From IMG/VR virus record IMGVR_UViG_3300035494_000021, positions 1 through 51,896 of that record: 51,896 bases of DNA. The stretch is one strand, 5' to 3'. A model generated the notes under the pieces. It saw only the letters and a program-made list of their open reading frames with translations. It had not been told where the DNA came from and made no database searches. Made by a program: the position numbers and the translations under genes. The first letter of the stretch is position 1, and each line of letters starts with the position of its first letter. This document shows positions 18,101 through 26,226 of this stretch, piece by piece. The stretch comes from a virus.

Positions 18101-18791
18101 TCTTCGCGTTATACGAGCGGCGTTGTGCAGACGACATCTTGTCACCCCAGTCCCTTTCTAGCGAACCCTCTTCACGTGGGCTGCCGTAATTGGTATCGGC
18201 TTGTGCCAATGCTTGTCGGAAGTGGATTGGGTTAAGTCCTGCTTCTCCCAACATATAATACAGCTGTTCGGATGGCACTGTACTATTTGCGAAACCACTG
18301 TGGGAAATGCCGAAGTACTGACTTAGTTGCTTGGAAAGAGTTAGAGCCGCACCAGCAGCTTCTGGACCAGACTCGATTAGACGACCTGCCAGAATTTGTT
18401 CTGATGATGTACGCTCTTGCAGATAACTCGCGGAGTGTACTGATTCTGTATGGCCTGCCAAAGAGGACAGGATATCATCATCAGCCCAGAAGCCTAGTCT
18501 ACCGCTTGCACTCGCTGTTTCCAGCGCATAATCCGGATCGTGCTCGATCAGATCATTTCGTCTTGCCTCGTGGTATTGACGTGTCTTCCAGCTTTGATTG
18601 CTCGACGTGATACCGTTGTTTGACTGCTGTTGCCCGAAGGGATTATTAACATTGGCATATGTTGCCATTGTCGGCTTCGGCTCTGCACCTCGACGTGCTT
18701 TGTTGACGACAGAAGTGCCGCCAAGCAGTTGTCGATTACGCTCACCTTTGCCACGAGGTTTACCAAGCGATAACGTAGGACGTTTAGCCAT
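15159..18791 (-). CDS. Tape-measure-position protein (1210 aa) with embedded YqaJ/lambda-exonuclease-like PD-(D/E)XK domain
   Basis: Lies between the frameshifted chaperone pair and the baseplate genes. The C-terminal ~330 aa are Gly/Ala-rich and tape-measure-like. Residues ~612-800 carry WRRDRLGKITATS, GDILEQHAVDWY, ATLDAV...VEVKSR and YQMWMTGQTQTDLVEI in the YqaJ order. A GGGGRGGGGGGGRG run sits at aa 872-885. AAAGGAG RBS. Confidence 0.7.
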   Translation of the reverse strand: MAKRPTLSLGKPRGKGERNRQLLGGTSVVNKARRGAEPKPTMATYANVNNPFGQQQSNNGITSSNQSWKTRQYHEARRNDLIEHDPDYALETASASGRLGFWADDDILSSLAGHTESVHSASYLQERTSSEQILAGRLIESGPEAAGAALTLSKQLSQYFGISHSGFANSTVPSEQLYYMLGEAGLNPIHFRQALAQADTNYGSPREEGSLERDWGDKMSSAQRRSYNAKKSPIDRALDVVGAMTLSREGYKQQLDAPDLITPDSGDKWVGRLREQSNHLGAIARAYIDSEAFEGGELSAGYSDMVGQVSGALNKLLPARLANIGLAQFQKDPTKGLGPGITQAFPSVSEVAKLIASSNSQFLVGRIDKAWTQNEDGTYTSPYAESFRELRQAYKDEGGGLSKARNTSSKELRYLQDELAAAGLADPSQTVKSLYGSEVKGNYEFEVTNDISEAIKSGMQMLSFTDADLQGDQVNNRSLLREVVMQSLQGGDTIEFEAAAMDDNIDQAIQRLINQRSDVTQVGVPLDTGVTTTVPTAVQYTPTPPRKATPKARRKVNPAASPVAPATGSVIQAAAEVKTEQRMAAAYGSPDAAMSAWLSQTGLTMGFSDDDKLEANSKWRRDRLGKITATSAGMLANPDTAEGAYANLIRDALTHDRPLPAQKPNIWQKSGDILEQHAVDWYRKNVDKEAFQPGTVTDPNRVGNAATLDAVSPNQGFRPVEVKSRNRFIDPDKLDLTTSQGQQDLKTYRKNWEQTQYQMWMTGQTQTDLVEILRDPVDPLQPLGRKGVNESNIRRRTIDRDEEYVNRNKGRWEEAGRVANQLANMDEDTRKKFAKAVEEGNIKSFEKLSQRYGVENSGMLAEQMGMPTPATGGGGRGGGGGGGRGNDFGYNALSGRDAPQGLGGVFRAAMAGAGPIGRAINLVTGVAGAAYNTADAVNSVGLNLSYQAGVAGVSRSSFQRQRDAISNQYYSREQASNDVMAMGRSAGGMTLGFTDNAVNMVVGSRGLMNFGDINSLSRGDITATQLRDRMMERGRARGYSDMQMSAIAEQTGLQTLVKTGASESQMTLNEGVNLVKTAIENLQTGVMTDIAGNIAEILMVLKGTEGAPAMEQVGFDVSGNKQAAKALRVMYSREGAEKSAFDVSGNSTAEAAYKAAYGGRAPSKWQSGYSAGMPIKVDVNLNANGVEVVTDAGDGRTTTRKPYNQGRGYH
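16392..16958 (-). other. YqaJ-like nuclease domain segment of the 1210-aa protein
   Basis: Coordinates computed from aa ~612-800 of the 15159-18791 ORF. Putative catalytic residues are D709, E721 and K723. Confidence 0.55.
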
Positions 18792-19409
18792 TTGGCTCTC
18801 CTTTGTACAGTTCAGTTCTTACATCCATCAGCTCGTGCATCAGATGTAGATCAAATAAAGAGTAAGAGCCATCAGACAAATCACGCATCTGACACATCGG
18901 AGGGTTAGACAAGACGCCACGGTAAAGGTAGAAATCGACATCGGGAAATAATTCATCGATAGTCTTTGGTCGTACCTCTAAGGGATCGTATTGGGGTTCT
19001 TCTCCGGCTCTTTTGATTGCTGTAAGATCTCGGCTAATCGGGCGTTGAGTTCTAGCCCTTGCTCGAAAAAATCTTTATAGTTTACCTCGCATACAAATGC
19101 TAGGATTTTAAAGACCTTCATCAGGTCTCCTGAGAAAGCTACGTTGAATGTACCTTCCTGAATTTCTTTGCCATCAACACGAGCGGCACTTACGAATCGC
19201 TTCATAAGAGATACCAGCTCAGTTTTGTTAGCACCTGCCATTACTGACACTAGATCATTAAGACCATAACGGTTCTCAACGAATGAACCGAAGGCTGGCC
19301 CAAGAACTTGGACCGCCTCCGTCATATTTTCTAGTGCAACAGAAGCAGGCCATTGGCGGACATATACCGGAATATCATCGATAATACGGTTCATATCTTT
19401 ACAGGCCAT
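18784..19409 (-). CDS. Tail assembly chaperone, predicted -1 frameshift fusion (gpGT-like, ~208 aa)
   Basis: The -1 frame is open from the slippery site through 93 codons to TAA at 18784-18786, filling the otherwise empty 186-bp gap. Hand-translated extension ends ...TIDELFPDVDFYLYRGVLSNPP...TELYKGEPNG. Confidence 0.55.
18978..19409 (-). CDS. Tail assembly chaperone (gpG-like, frame 0 product)
   Basis: 143-aa ORF immediately upstream of the tape-measure-position gene and downstream of the tube gene. Confidence 0.65.
   Translation of the reverse strand: MACKDMNRIIDDIPVYVRQWPASVALENMTEAVQVLGPAFGSFVENRYGLNDLVSVMAGANKTELVSLMKRFVSAARVDGKEIQEGTFNVAFSGDLMKVFKILAFVCEVNYKDFFEQGLELNARLAEILQQSKEPEKNPNTIP
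19065..19071 (-). other. Candidate -1 slippery heptanucleotide T_TTT_TTC
   Basis: In frame 0 it reads GAT TTT TTC (D113 F114 F115), which fits X_XXY_YYZ. Confidence 0.5.
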
Positions 19410-19428
19410 TGGATTCTCCTATTGTTGA

Positions 19429-19884
19429 TTAGACGCCAACGTCTTGGTAAGTACCACGTACAAACCATACTTGTTCGAATTGGATCGCCCAAGTTACAGT
19501 CGACAAACCAGTACCACGAACAACAGCTGGCTGCTGCACAATGATACCGTTTACACCAGTTGCTACGGTGTTGCCCATCTTGTCGTTCAACAGCATCTGC
19601 ACTGGCGGGAACACATCTGCACTACCAGAGGTACCGAGATCGTGAGTTGCCAGAGCCAGAGCTTGAAGCACTGCGTTGGAGTCTGAAGTTTGCAGCAGGT
19701 CAAATACACATGTACCTGATTTATCCGCTGAAGTTACCACAGCCATTTTGCCGCGTGCATCCATTACTTTACCATGTTGCGGCGCATCACGCGTCACGGT
19801 AATGATGCTGTTAGAGTCAGAAAAGCCTTCGATTGGAATACCATCAATCAAAAGGTCAACGGAGTAAAAGCTGTACTGTTTCAT
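19429..19884 (-). CDS. Tail tube protein
   Basis: 151-aa ORF between the sheath and chaperone genes. Size and position are typical. Confidence 0.65.
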   Translation of the reverse strand: MKQYSFYSVDLLIDGIPIEGFSDSNSIITVTRDAPQHGKVMDARGKMAVVTSADKSGTCVFDLLQTSDSNAVLQALALATHDLGTSGSADVFPPVQMLLNDKMGNTVATGVNGIIVQQPAVVRGTGLSTVTWAIQFEQVWFVRGTYQDVGV

Positions 19885-19893
19885 TTATTGTCC

Positions 19894-21342
19894 TTATTCG
19901 TTGAATTGGCCAGAGATGGTGATGCTGTGCAGAGCGCCTGCACCAACCAGTTTGAAGGACATGCCCGCATAGTGGCGGTTGCCTTTATCCGCTTGTGATA
20001 CCTGAGATACAGGTACGTAGCTAATTGAATAGCCCAGTGGCAAATACTCACCTTCCGCTGTAGTACCTGGGGCACCCAGACCGTTGGTGATTGCCTGTCG
20101 TAGCGCACCTTCCAACGCTTGGTAGATCATTGATACACCAGTGTCGCTGTAAGGAACTTTAGTCGTAGTTGTGTACAGGCGGTTAAACACGTCAGTCTCG
20201 ATTCGGTTTTGCAACCAGTCGATACCGTGGATAGTATCGAACCAAGTACCATCAGCCATACGAGAATCAGAGTAAACATTGTTACCGCCGATCTCCACAA
20301 CCGCGTTACCGTTCTTCGCTTCAAGGTTCTGCTTCTGAGTCAGGGTTAGTGTCTCAGTGCTGATACCTGGAAGTGTCTTCAGGAACAACGTGATGGTAGT
20401 GTTAACGCCTTCGAAGTTAACGATGAATGCGCGACCTGCAACTGCTGCCGATGGATACTCGTCCGCATGCTCCTCAGAGGAGTAGTTAGATAGAGTACGG
20501 CTGTAGTTACCTGCTTTCAGTGCAGTCAGGATATCACCTGTTGCAGTTGTCAACGATGCTGAGTCGTTGGTTGTGTTAAAGAACACACGTTGCGAACCTT
20601 GGGCGAAATCAGCAACGCCGATAATGACGCTAAGGTTATCACGCCATTGACGATCCAGCACAATGCCGTAATACGTTGGGTTGATGTTGGTGATTACTGC
20701 CAGAGCATCAGCCGGAGTTTCTGCTACCTGTGCTAGCGTCTGAGTTGCACCTGCTGGTTCAGTCAAGCCTAGCTCAAGAGCCAAGCCACCGATATCAGCA
20801 GCAGCGAAAGATACTTCAGAACCAGCACCAACAGTACCAGAGGTAACTACAAAGACACCACCAACCACATCAATAGATGCTGTTGACGCACCAAGACCTT
20901 GAAGGACTTGTTCTACTTCTAGCGCTACTTCATCTAGGTCAGCGGCACCAGACAGGTCAATACCTGCAAGCTGATATGCTGTACCATCAATAGTGATAGT
21001 GAAGCCACCAGCAGTGATTGCTTGAAGGTCTACAAGTGCACCAGCTGGTCCACCAGTCAGACTAGCAGCTGTTTCTGTTGCAGAGGCACGACCAACCATA
21101 AAGTTAGTAGCGCGAGGAGTGAAGTATGGAACCGCAGCTTTATATACTTCGGACGATACATCCCAGTCTTCCAGAACAGCATCTAGGTTCGGATAAGTAC
21201 GAACACGCTCTTCCAGAGTAAAGGTTTCATCTGTTGGCTCGGCATCAGTTACAAACAGCAACTTACCAAAACCACGGAGCGGTGTTGGTGTTGGTGAAAT
21301 GGTAATACCGACAGCAACGATATTAGATAATGGGATACTCAT
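19894..21342 (-). CDS. Contractile tail sheath protein
   Basis: 482-aa ORF directly upstream of the tube gene. The N-terminus (SIPLSNIVAVGITISPTP..RGFGKLLFVTD) is as recalled for DUF3383-type sheaths. Confidence 0.7.
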   Translation of the reverse strand: MSIPLSNIVAVGITISPTPTPLRGFGKLLFVTDAEPTDETFTLEERVRTYPNLDAVLEDWDVSSEVYKAAVPYFTPRATNFMVGRASATETAASLTGGPAGALVDLQAITAGGFTITIDGTAYQLAGIDLSGAADLDEVALEVEQVLQGLGASTASIDVVGGVFVVTSGTVGAGSEVSFAAADIGGLALELGLTEPAGATQTLAQVAETPADALAVITNINPTYYGIVLDRQWRDNLSVIIGVADFAQGSQRVFFNTTNDSASLTTATGDILTALKAGNYSRTLSNYSSEEHADEYPSAAVAGRAFIVNFEGVNTTITLFLKTLPGISTETLTLTQKQNLEAKNGNAVVEIGGNNVYSDSRMADGTWFDTIHGIDWLQNRIETDVFNRLYTTTTKVPYSDTGVSMIYQALEGALRQAITNGLGAPGTTAEGEYLPLGYSISYVPVSQVSQADKGNRHYAGMSFKLVGAGALHSITISGQFNE

Positions 21343-21347
21343 TAATG

Positions 21348-21875
21348 TTATTCCTTGCTTACATTGACTGTGAAGTCAAATTCTTTTAGTGCTTCGTTTA
21401 CTACGCCATCAATATCTACAGATTCAATCTGATCGATATCTTGTGCATATTCCCATGCTCTGCGAACCATACACAGCACTTCACAGCCGTGCCTGATTTC
21501 CCAGTTGGTTTCGAGAGTCAGTGATTCGTTTTGGATAGGTCTGGCATGCATGATTGCTACGCCACCCGCCACCATCTGGTCTAGCATATCTGGTCGACGG
21601 AAGCTGCCCATGAACTTAGAGGCATCTTCATCCCCTTCAGTGAACAAGACATGAAAGACAAGATATCGGACGCCAGTCACTCGCTCAATAAGAACTCCCT
21701 CTCGCTCAATGATTTCTACCTTGTCGACACCTGGATTCTGCTCCCTTACCAGCTTAACAGCGGCAAATGGTGGAGCAGGCTTTTTCCCGTTCGTAAGCAT
21801 AGGATAGGAATACTTGGGAGTTCGGAGCCCTCTATCGACCAAACGCTGCATCTCAATAACGTCTTGACTTGACAT
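21348..21875 (-). CDS. Hypothetical neck / tail-completion region protein
   Basis: 175-aa ORF between the head-tail connector genes and the sheath. Confidence 0.5.
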   Translation of the reverse strand: MSSQDVIEMQRLVDRGLRTPKYSYPMLTNGKKPAPPFAAVKLVREQNPGVDKVEIIEREGVLIERVTGVRYLVFHVLFTEGDEDASKFMGSFRRPDMLDQMVAGGVAIMHARPIQNESLTLETNWEIRHGCEVLCMVRRAWEYAQDIDQIESVDIDGVVNEALKEFDFTVNVSKE

Positions 21876-22407
21876 ATTCCTGCGCCTTTAGTAGTTGGGA
21901 CAAAGGTACTTGACGAGCACCTTGATAAATGAGAACTGAATCATACTGCTCCAATGAATTGTCTAGCGTAATTGGTTGCCCATTACTATCCATTATTAGA
22001 GTCACACCTTCAGTAATCTCGTAACCCGCAGGATTGATATCTTGCAGATCAAAGTTTGGGATTGTTTGACCAACCGCTTGCCAATAGCCAGCAGTATGGT
22101 AATCACCACGACGGGTGATTTTATATGGGATTGATCCATGGATGATAAGGCTATTCAGTAGCATTTCAGTTCTACCTGTGAATCGCATCATCGCAGGAAA
22201 TCGCTCACCATAAGGATCAGGAGATAGGGATTGACCATGAGTTCCCGATACGTCGCCAATTGGAATTGGAGTCGCTTTAATCTCTAGGGCTGGCGCATAA
22301 CCACCAGCAACCCATTGATTATCATTATCCCAATAGCCATCAATGACTACGTACATTTGGACAGGCGAAGTAGTTTCTCTGCCAAATGCTTCTCGCACTG
22401 AGATCAT
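21853..22407 (-). CDS. Hypothetical neck / tail-completion region protein
   Basis: 184-aa ORF, contiguous with its neighbours. Confidence 0.5.
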   Translation of the reverse strand: MISVREAFGRETTSPVQMYVVIDGYWDNDNQWVAGGYAPALEIKATPIPIGDVSGTHGQSLSPDPYGERFPAMMRFTGRTEMLLNSLIIHGSIPYKITRRGDYHTAGYWQAVGQTIPNFDLQDINPAGYEITEGVTLIMDSNGQPITLDNSLEQYDSVLIYQGARQVPLSQLLKAQEYVKSRRY

Positions 22408-22845
22408 TTAACCTCCTTGTCGGTAGCGACGAACAGGATACGTAGGTTCTGCAATAAGTGCATCTGCTACGTTGCCAGCCATTCGTGGGCCAGCAAACAC
22501 CATTCGACGCCATTTGACATATTGTTGCCCATACACAGTAGATAGGTATGGGTCGAAGTTATTCTGCATATCGCGGCTTACAGCGTATTCCACCATAACG
22601 TCATCCACTTCTTTCGAGCGAAGTGGTTGCAGAGTTGTATGATCTCCACCAGACCATGATTCATCCATGGCTGATAGATGTGCGATAAGGTATCCCATGG
22701 CAATATCATAAGTCGGCTCACCAGACCATCGCTCTGGGAATTCACCCATCTCGATAGTGGCTTCTACTTTGAACGCATCGAATACCGTGCTTGGTACACC
22801 TGCGAACTGTGGAAACTTAGTAAGCCAAAGTTCGTGTGTTAGCAT
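22408..22845 (-). CDS. Head-tail connector-type protein (DUF4054-like by recollection)
   Basis: 145-aa ORF downstream of the capsid genes. Confidence 0.45.
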   Translation of the reverse strand: MLTHELWLTKFPQFAGVPSTVFDAFKVEATIEMGEFPERWSGEPTYDIAMGYLIAHLSAMDESWSGGDHTTLQPLRSKEVDDVMVEYAVSRDMQNNFDPYLSTVYGQQYVKWRRMVFAGPRMAGNVADALIAEPTYPVRRYRQGG

Positions 22846-22850
22846 TTAGA

Positions 22851-23342
22851 TTACCCAAATAGTTTGTGGTAATGCGCAAGCAGCTTATCTGCATCTACTT
22901 CTTTCGGTAGAGCGAAGCCTTGCTCGTTCTCGATTGCTGCACGCATTTCTTCCAGAGTTAGTTTCAACTCAGGCTTGATAGTGACTTCAAGTACACCTTG
23001 TTTCACCATCTCGCGGATTGGATAGAACGTCTTCCATACACCGTCACCCACTGGAGTCTGCATGAAGTACTTCTGGTCAGGAGCTTTGTGCTCATTACCG
23101 ACCTGCACTTCGTCCAGATGGATAGTGATTTGTTGGCGCTTAGAACGGACTTGCAGAGCCATTTCCCAAATATCATCAGCGATTTCTACTTCAGCCAATG
23201 GTGGAATGCGGATTGCATGAAGCTTAATTGGAGCTTCTTTTGTAATCAGATTACCATGAGCATCTTTACCAGAAATAGTCTCACCTGGATTTAGACGAAC
23301 TGTGAAGCCTTGGTAACGGTCGGTTTTATTGCGTAGGCGCAT
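22851..23342 (-). CDS. Hypothetical virion-module protein
   Basis: 163-aa ORF. TAGGAG RBS after the capsid terminator. Confidence 0.6.
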   Translation of the reverse strand: MRLRNKTDRYQGFTVRLNPGETISGKDAHGNLITKEAPIKLHAIRIPPLAEVEIADDIWEMALQVRSKRQQITIHLDEVQVGNEHKAPDQKYFMQTPVGDGVWKTFYPIREMVKQGVLEVTIKPELKLTLEEMRAAIENEQGFALPKEVDADKLLAHYHKLFG

Positions 23343-23365
23343 TTTGATTCTCCTAGGAATGATTT

Positions 23366-23390
23366 AAAAAGGGAGAGCCGCAGCCCTCCC
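23366..23390 (-). terminator. Rho-independent terminator after the major capsid gene
   Basis: On the minus strand, GGGAGGGC-TGCG-GCTCTCCC (8-bp stem with one G-U, tetraloop) is followed by TTTTT. Confidence 0.75.
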
Positions 23391-23412
23391 TAGTGGGTGT
23401 TACTTACGTAAC

Positions 23413-24447
23413 TTAGATACCGTAGTAGATATCCATTGCGCGAGGGTAAGTCACTTCCAGACCAGCGAAACGACCACGACCTGGGACTTCGTACACAAGA
23501 CCGTGTAGCTGTACAGGTAGGAATTGCAGTGGCAGAGTTTCACGGATACGAACAGTCTCTTGACCTTCTGGAGTTGTGTGGTTGATGATCACGAATAGGT
23601 GAGCACCTTCACCGCCCAGAGCGTCGCCTAGATCAGGGATGCCTTCTTCGAACTCGTTCAGCGCTTTGAAATCAGCTTTGGTAATACCGAACTGGTTATT
23701 CGAACAGAAGTAGTCACCGATAGTGGTGTCGCTCATTGGAGAGCGTGGAGTAGAGAACAGGTAGTTCCAGTTCAGTACGCTTAGCCACACTTCTTTTGGC
23801 GAGTGGATTTTCTTGGTTTGCGCATACATAGTACCACAAGCGTTGGTCAAGTCCGCAATGACTTCATCAGGAGTCTTGTCTGCGAACAGAGTAGAGCCTG
23901 ATGCACCAGCTGCTACTGGGATACGTTGGATGCTTGCGTTGGTGAAGAAGCCAGGCAGGTTAGATGCCTTGTCACCGCGCCATACAACAGAGTTGATGAA
24001 CTCTTCGTAGCCACGACGAGACGCCATAGCTTTACGCGCTTCCAGTGGCATACCAGCCATCTGTGCTGCAGCGATTTCGTCGATGTCGTAGTCGTAAGCA
24101 CAACCTACAGACAGGACTTTGATTGAATACTCTTTGCCAGAGATATCAGACTTAGGCAGGTCAGTAGCACGAGCGTTGATAACTTGCGCTTTACCCACAC
24201 GGTCGAACGAGCGGTAAGTCAGAGTAGTTGCACCAGCACCACCGAATGTGTTGGTCTTGAAGCACTCACGGCCTTCTAGGTCAGGGTACAGAACGTCATA
24301 AGTCTGAGACTCAATCGCTTCTAGCTGACGTTGGAAGAAGATACCATCAGAGTCGGTCATACGGCCTGATTGCACTTCACGAGCGATTGTATCGCACAGA
24401 CGGATTTCTTGTTCTTGGCCAGCAGCGTCTTTGAATTTAATGATCAT
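23413..24447 (-). CDS. Major capsid protein
   Basis: 344-aa ORF downstream of portal and scaffold, followed by a strong terminator. The sequence resembles the DUF2184-type capsid family as I recall it. Confidence 0.7.
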   Translation of the reverse strand: MIIKFKDAAGQEQEIRLCDTIAREVQSGRMTDSDGIFFQRQLEAIESQTYDVLYPDLEGRECFKTNTFGGAGATTLTYRSFDRVGKAQVINARATDLPKSDISGKEYSIKVLSVGCAYDYDIDEIAAAQMAGMPLEARKAMASRRGYEEFINSVVWRGDKASNLPGFFTNASIQRIPVAAGASGSTLFADKTPDEVIADLTNACGTMYAQTKKIHSPKEVWLSVLNWNYLFSTPRSPMSDTTIGDYFCSNNQFGITKADFKALNEFEEGIPDLGDALGGEGAHLFVIINHTTPEGQETVRIRETLPLQFLPVQLHGLVYEVPGRGRFAGLEVTYPRAMDIYYGI

Positions 24448-24461
24448 GTAGTGTTCCCCCC

Positions 24462-24932
24462 TTATTCAGTTACTACAACAGCGTACAGGTGGTTAGCAGC
24501 GTCAACCACAACATCAAGACGAACGTTGGTCGTCGCGTTAGCAGGTGTGCCAGAGTCTACTTGGAAGACACCAGCAGTACAGTGCAGCAAAGCACCTTTA
24601 TCGCCAGCAGCACCATCTTCTACATGTACAATGATACGACCGTCGAATAGTGCAGGAAGAGCTTCACCAGCTTTGAAAGATACGTTGCCATCACCAGGAC
24701 GTGTATCCTGCTCACGGTTGATTTGACGTACAGATACTGCTACCTTACCACCAGTGGCAAGGGAGACGCTACGAGAATCAGTTGCAGCTGCATCAACGAT
24801 ACCTAGCCCGAAACCAATTGAAGCCGCGGCGATACGAGTTTGGATATCGGCACGAGTTTGTTGAAGACCATATAGTTGACCAGCAACGGCGTTGCGGGTA
24901 TTAATGTTGTAATCTTGTACAGGCATTTTCAA
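24462..24932 (-). CDS. Head-associated structural protein (decoration/cement-like position)
   Basis: 156-aa ORF between the scaffold/protease and capsid genes. Confidence 0.45.
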   Translation of the reverse strand: MKMPVQDYNINTRNAVAGQLYGLQQTRADIQTRIAAASIGFGLGIVDAAATDSRSVSLATGGKVAVSVRQINREQDTRPGDGNVSFKAGEALPALFDGRIIVHVEDGAAGDKGALLHCTAGVFQVDSGTPANATTNVRLDVVVDAANHLYAVVVTE

Positions 24933-24939
24933 TTCCTTG

Positions 24940-26226
24940 TTACTTAGAGGAGTTACGAGCGATCATACGATCACGCGCAGCAGATGCATCAGATGGAGCA
25001 TCTTTAATAGTTTCTACGACGAATGCCAGCTTACCAGCCCCTGCATTGTCACGTAGTGCTTGCGAGATACCAGTCTGAATACTGTTGGCGCTGTCTTCCA
25101 GAAGGATTTCATAGCGCATACGTACTTTAGTTTCTGATACGTCGCTGAAGTCTTTGCCATATTGGTCTTTTAGAACCAGACGCATGGCTTCTACTTCGGA
25201 CAGATCGACCAAGTCTTCATCGGTGAACTGCGCCGCTTTGCTTAGGAAGTCTAAGCGTTGCTGTACACGTTCAGTGATGTAGGCTTCATCAGCTAGCTTG
25301 CTTTCCGCATCAGCTAACTTCTGAGTGGTGATATCTAGTTGATCTGTTTTCGCGTCTAATTGAGCCTGTAAGCTATCGACGAAAGCTTGATCAAACATCT
25401 TGACGCCTTGGTCCACAGACTGGCCATCTTTGAATTCGCCTTCCATTGCACCTAGAGCGGTGTAGTAGGTTGGAGATTCTTTCAGATGGTCAAGAGCAAT
25501 TTCTTCCGCAACAGCGCGGTCTGTGCTGTGTTCCAGTTCGACTTCAGTGCCTTTTGCAAGCTGTTCTTGAATCACACTAACTTCAACTTCATGAAGTTTT
25601 GCAATTTCTTCCACCGTCAGTGTTGGTACGTCTAGCGCTGCATCGGCAATACTTGCTGTTGCTGCACGACCACGACGAACAATGGCGATATGGTTTGCAC
25701 GGATCTTGGTCTTCTTGGCATCCCATTCGTCTGTGCCATCACTAAGTACCAGAGTACAAGTGTGGCCAGATGATAGTTGAGATACACCAGTTTCGACTAG
25801 GTCGATTGCTTCACCATCGTTCAATACGATAGTACCTGCTAGGTGGACACCATCTGCATCAGCAAATGGCATACCCTCTAAGTGGCCTTTCATAAGCTCT
25901 TTAGAGTTCTCAACATCAACATCTACAGATGGATGCTCAATAGTGATTGGTGCAGAACGATATGATGCTAATGATTCTGCATCAAATAGATCTGCTGCTT
26001 CAGTCATGATCTTCACAATAGAGTTAGGATCACGGTCTGCGAATGCTGCACCACACTCACCCGCACGGTATTGCATAATACCAGTACGTGCAATTGTTGC
26101 AGGTGCAATCATCTGACCAGAGTCTTTGAACTGGCGCTGAGTAGGCAGCTCTAGACAAAAGTCATTTAGAGTTACTGGCTCGATTGTTGCTTCGTCGCTG
26201 AATCGAACGCGTACTTCTTTAACCAT
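24940..26226 (-). CDS. Prohead scaffold / protease-like protein (DUF2213-type position)
   Basis: 428-aa ORF after the portal gene. The C-terminal half is helical and acidic, typical of scaffolds. Confidence 0.55.
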   Translation of the reverse strand: MVKEVRVRFSDEATIEPVTLNDFCLELPTQRQFKDSGQMIAPATIARTGIMQYRAGECGAAFADRDPNSIVKIMTEAADLFDAESLASYRSAPITIEHPSVDVDVENSKELMKGHLEGMPFADADGVHLAGTIVLNDGEAIDLVETGVSQLSSGHTCTLVLSDGTDEWDAKKTKIRANHIAIVRRGRAATASIADAALDVPTLTVEEIAKLHEVEVSVIQEQLAKGTEVELEHSTDRAVAEEIALDHLKESPTYYTALGAMEGEFKDGQSVDQGVKMFDQAFVDSLQAQLDAKTDQLDITTQKLADAESKLADEAYITERVQQRLDFLSKAAQFTDEDLVDLSEVEAMRLVLKDQYGKDFSDVSETKVRMRYEILLEDSANSIQTGISQALRDNAGAGKLAFVVETIKDAPSDASAARDRMIARNSSK

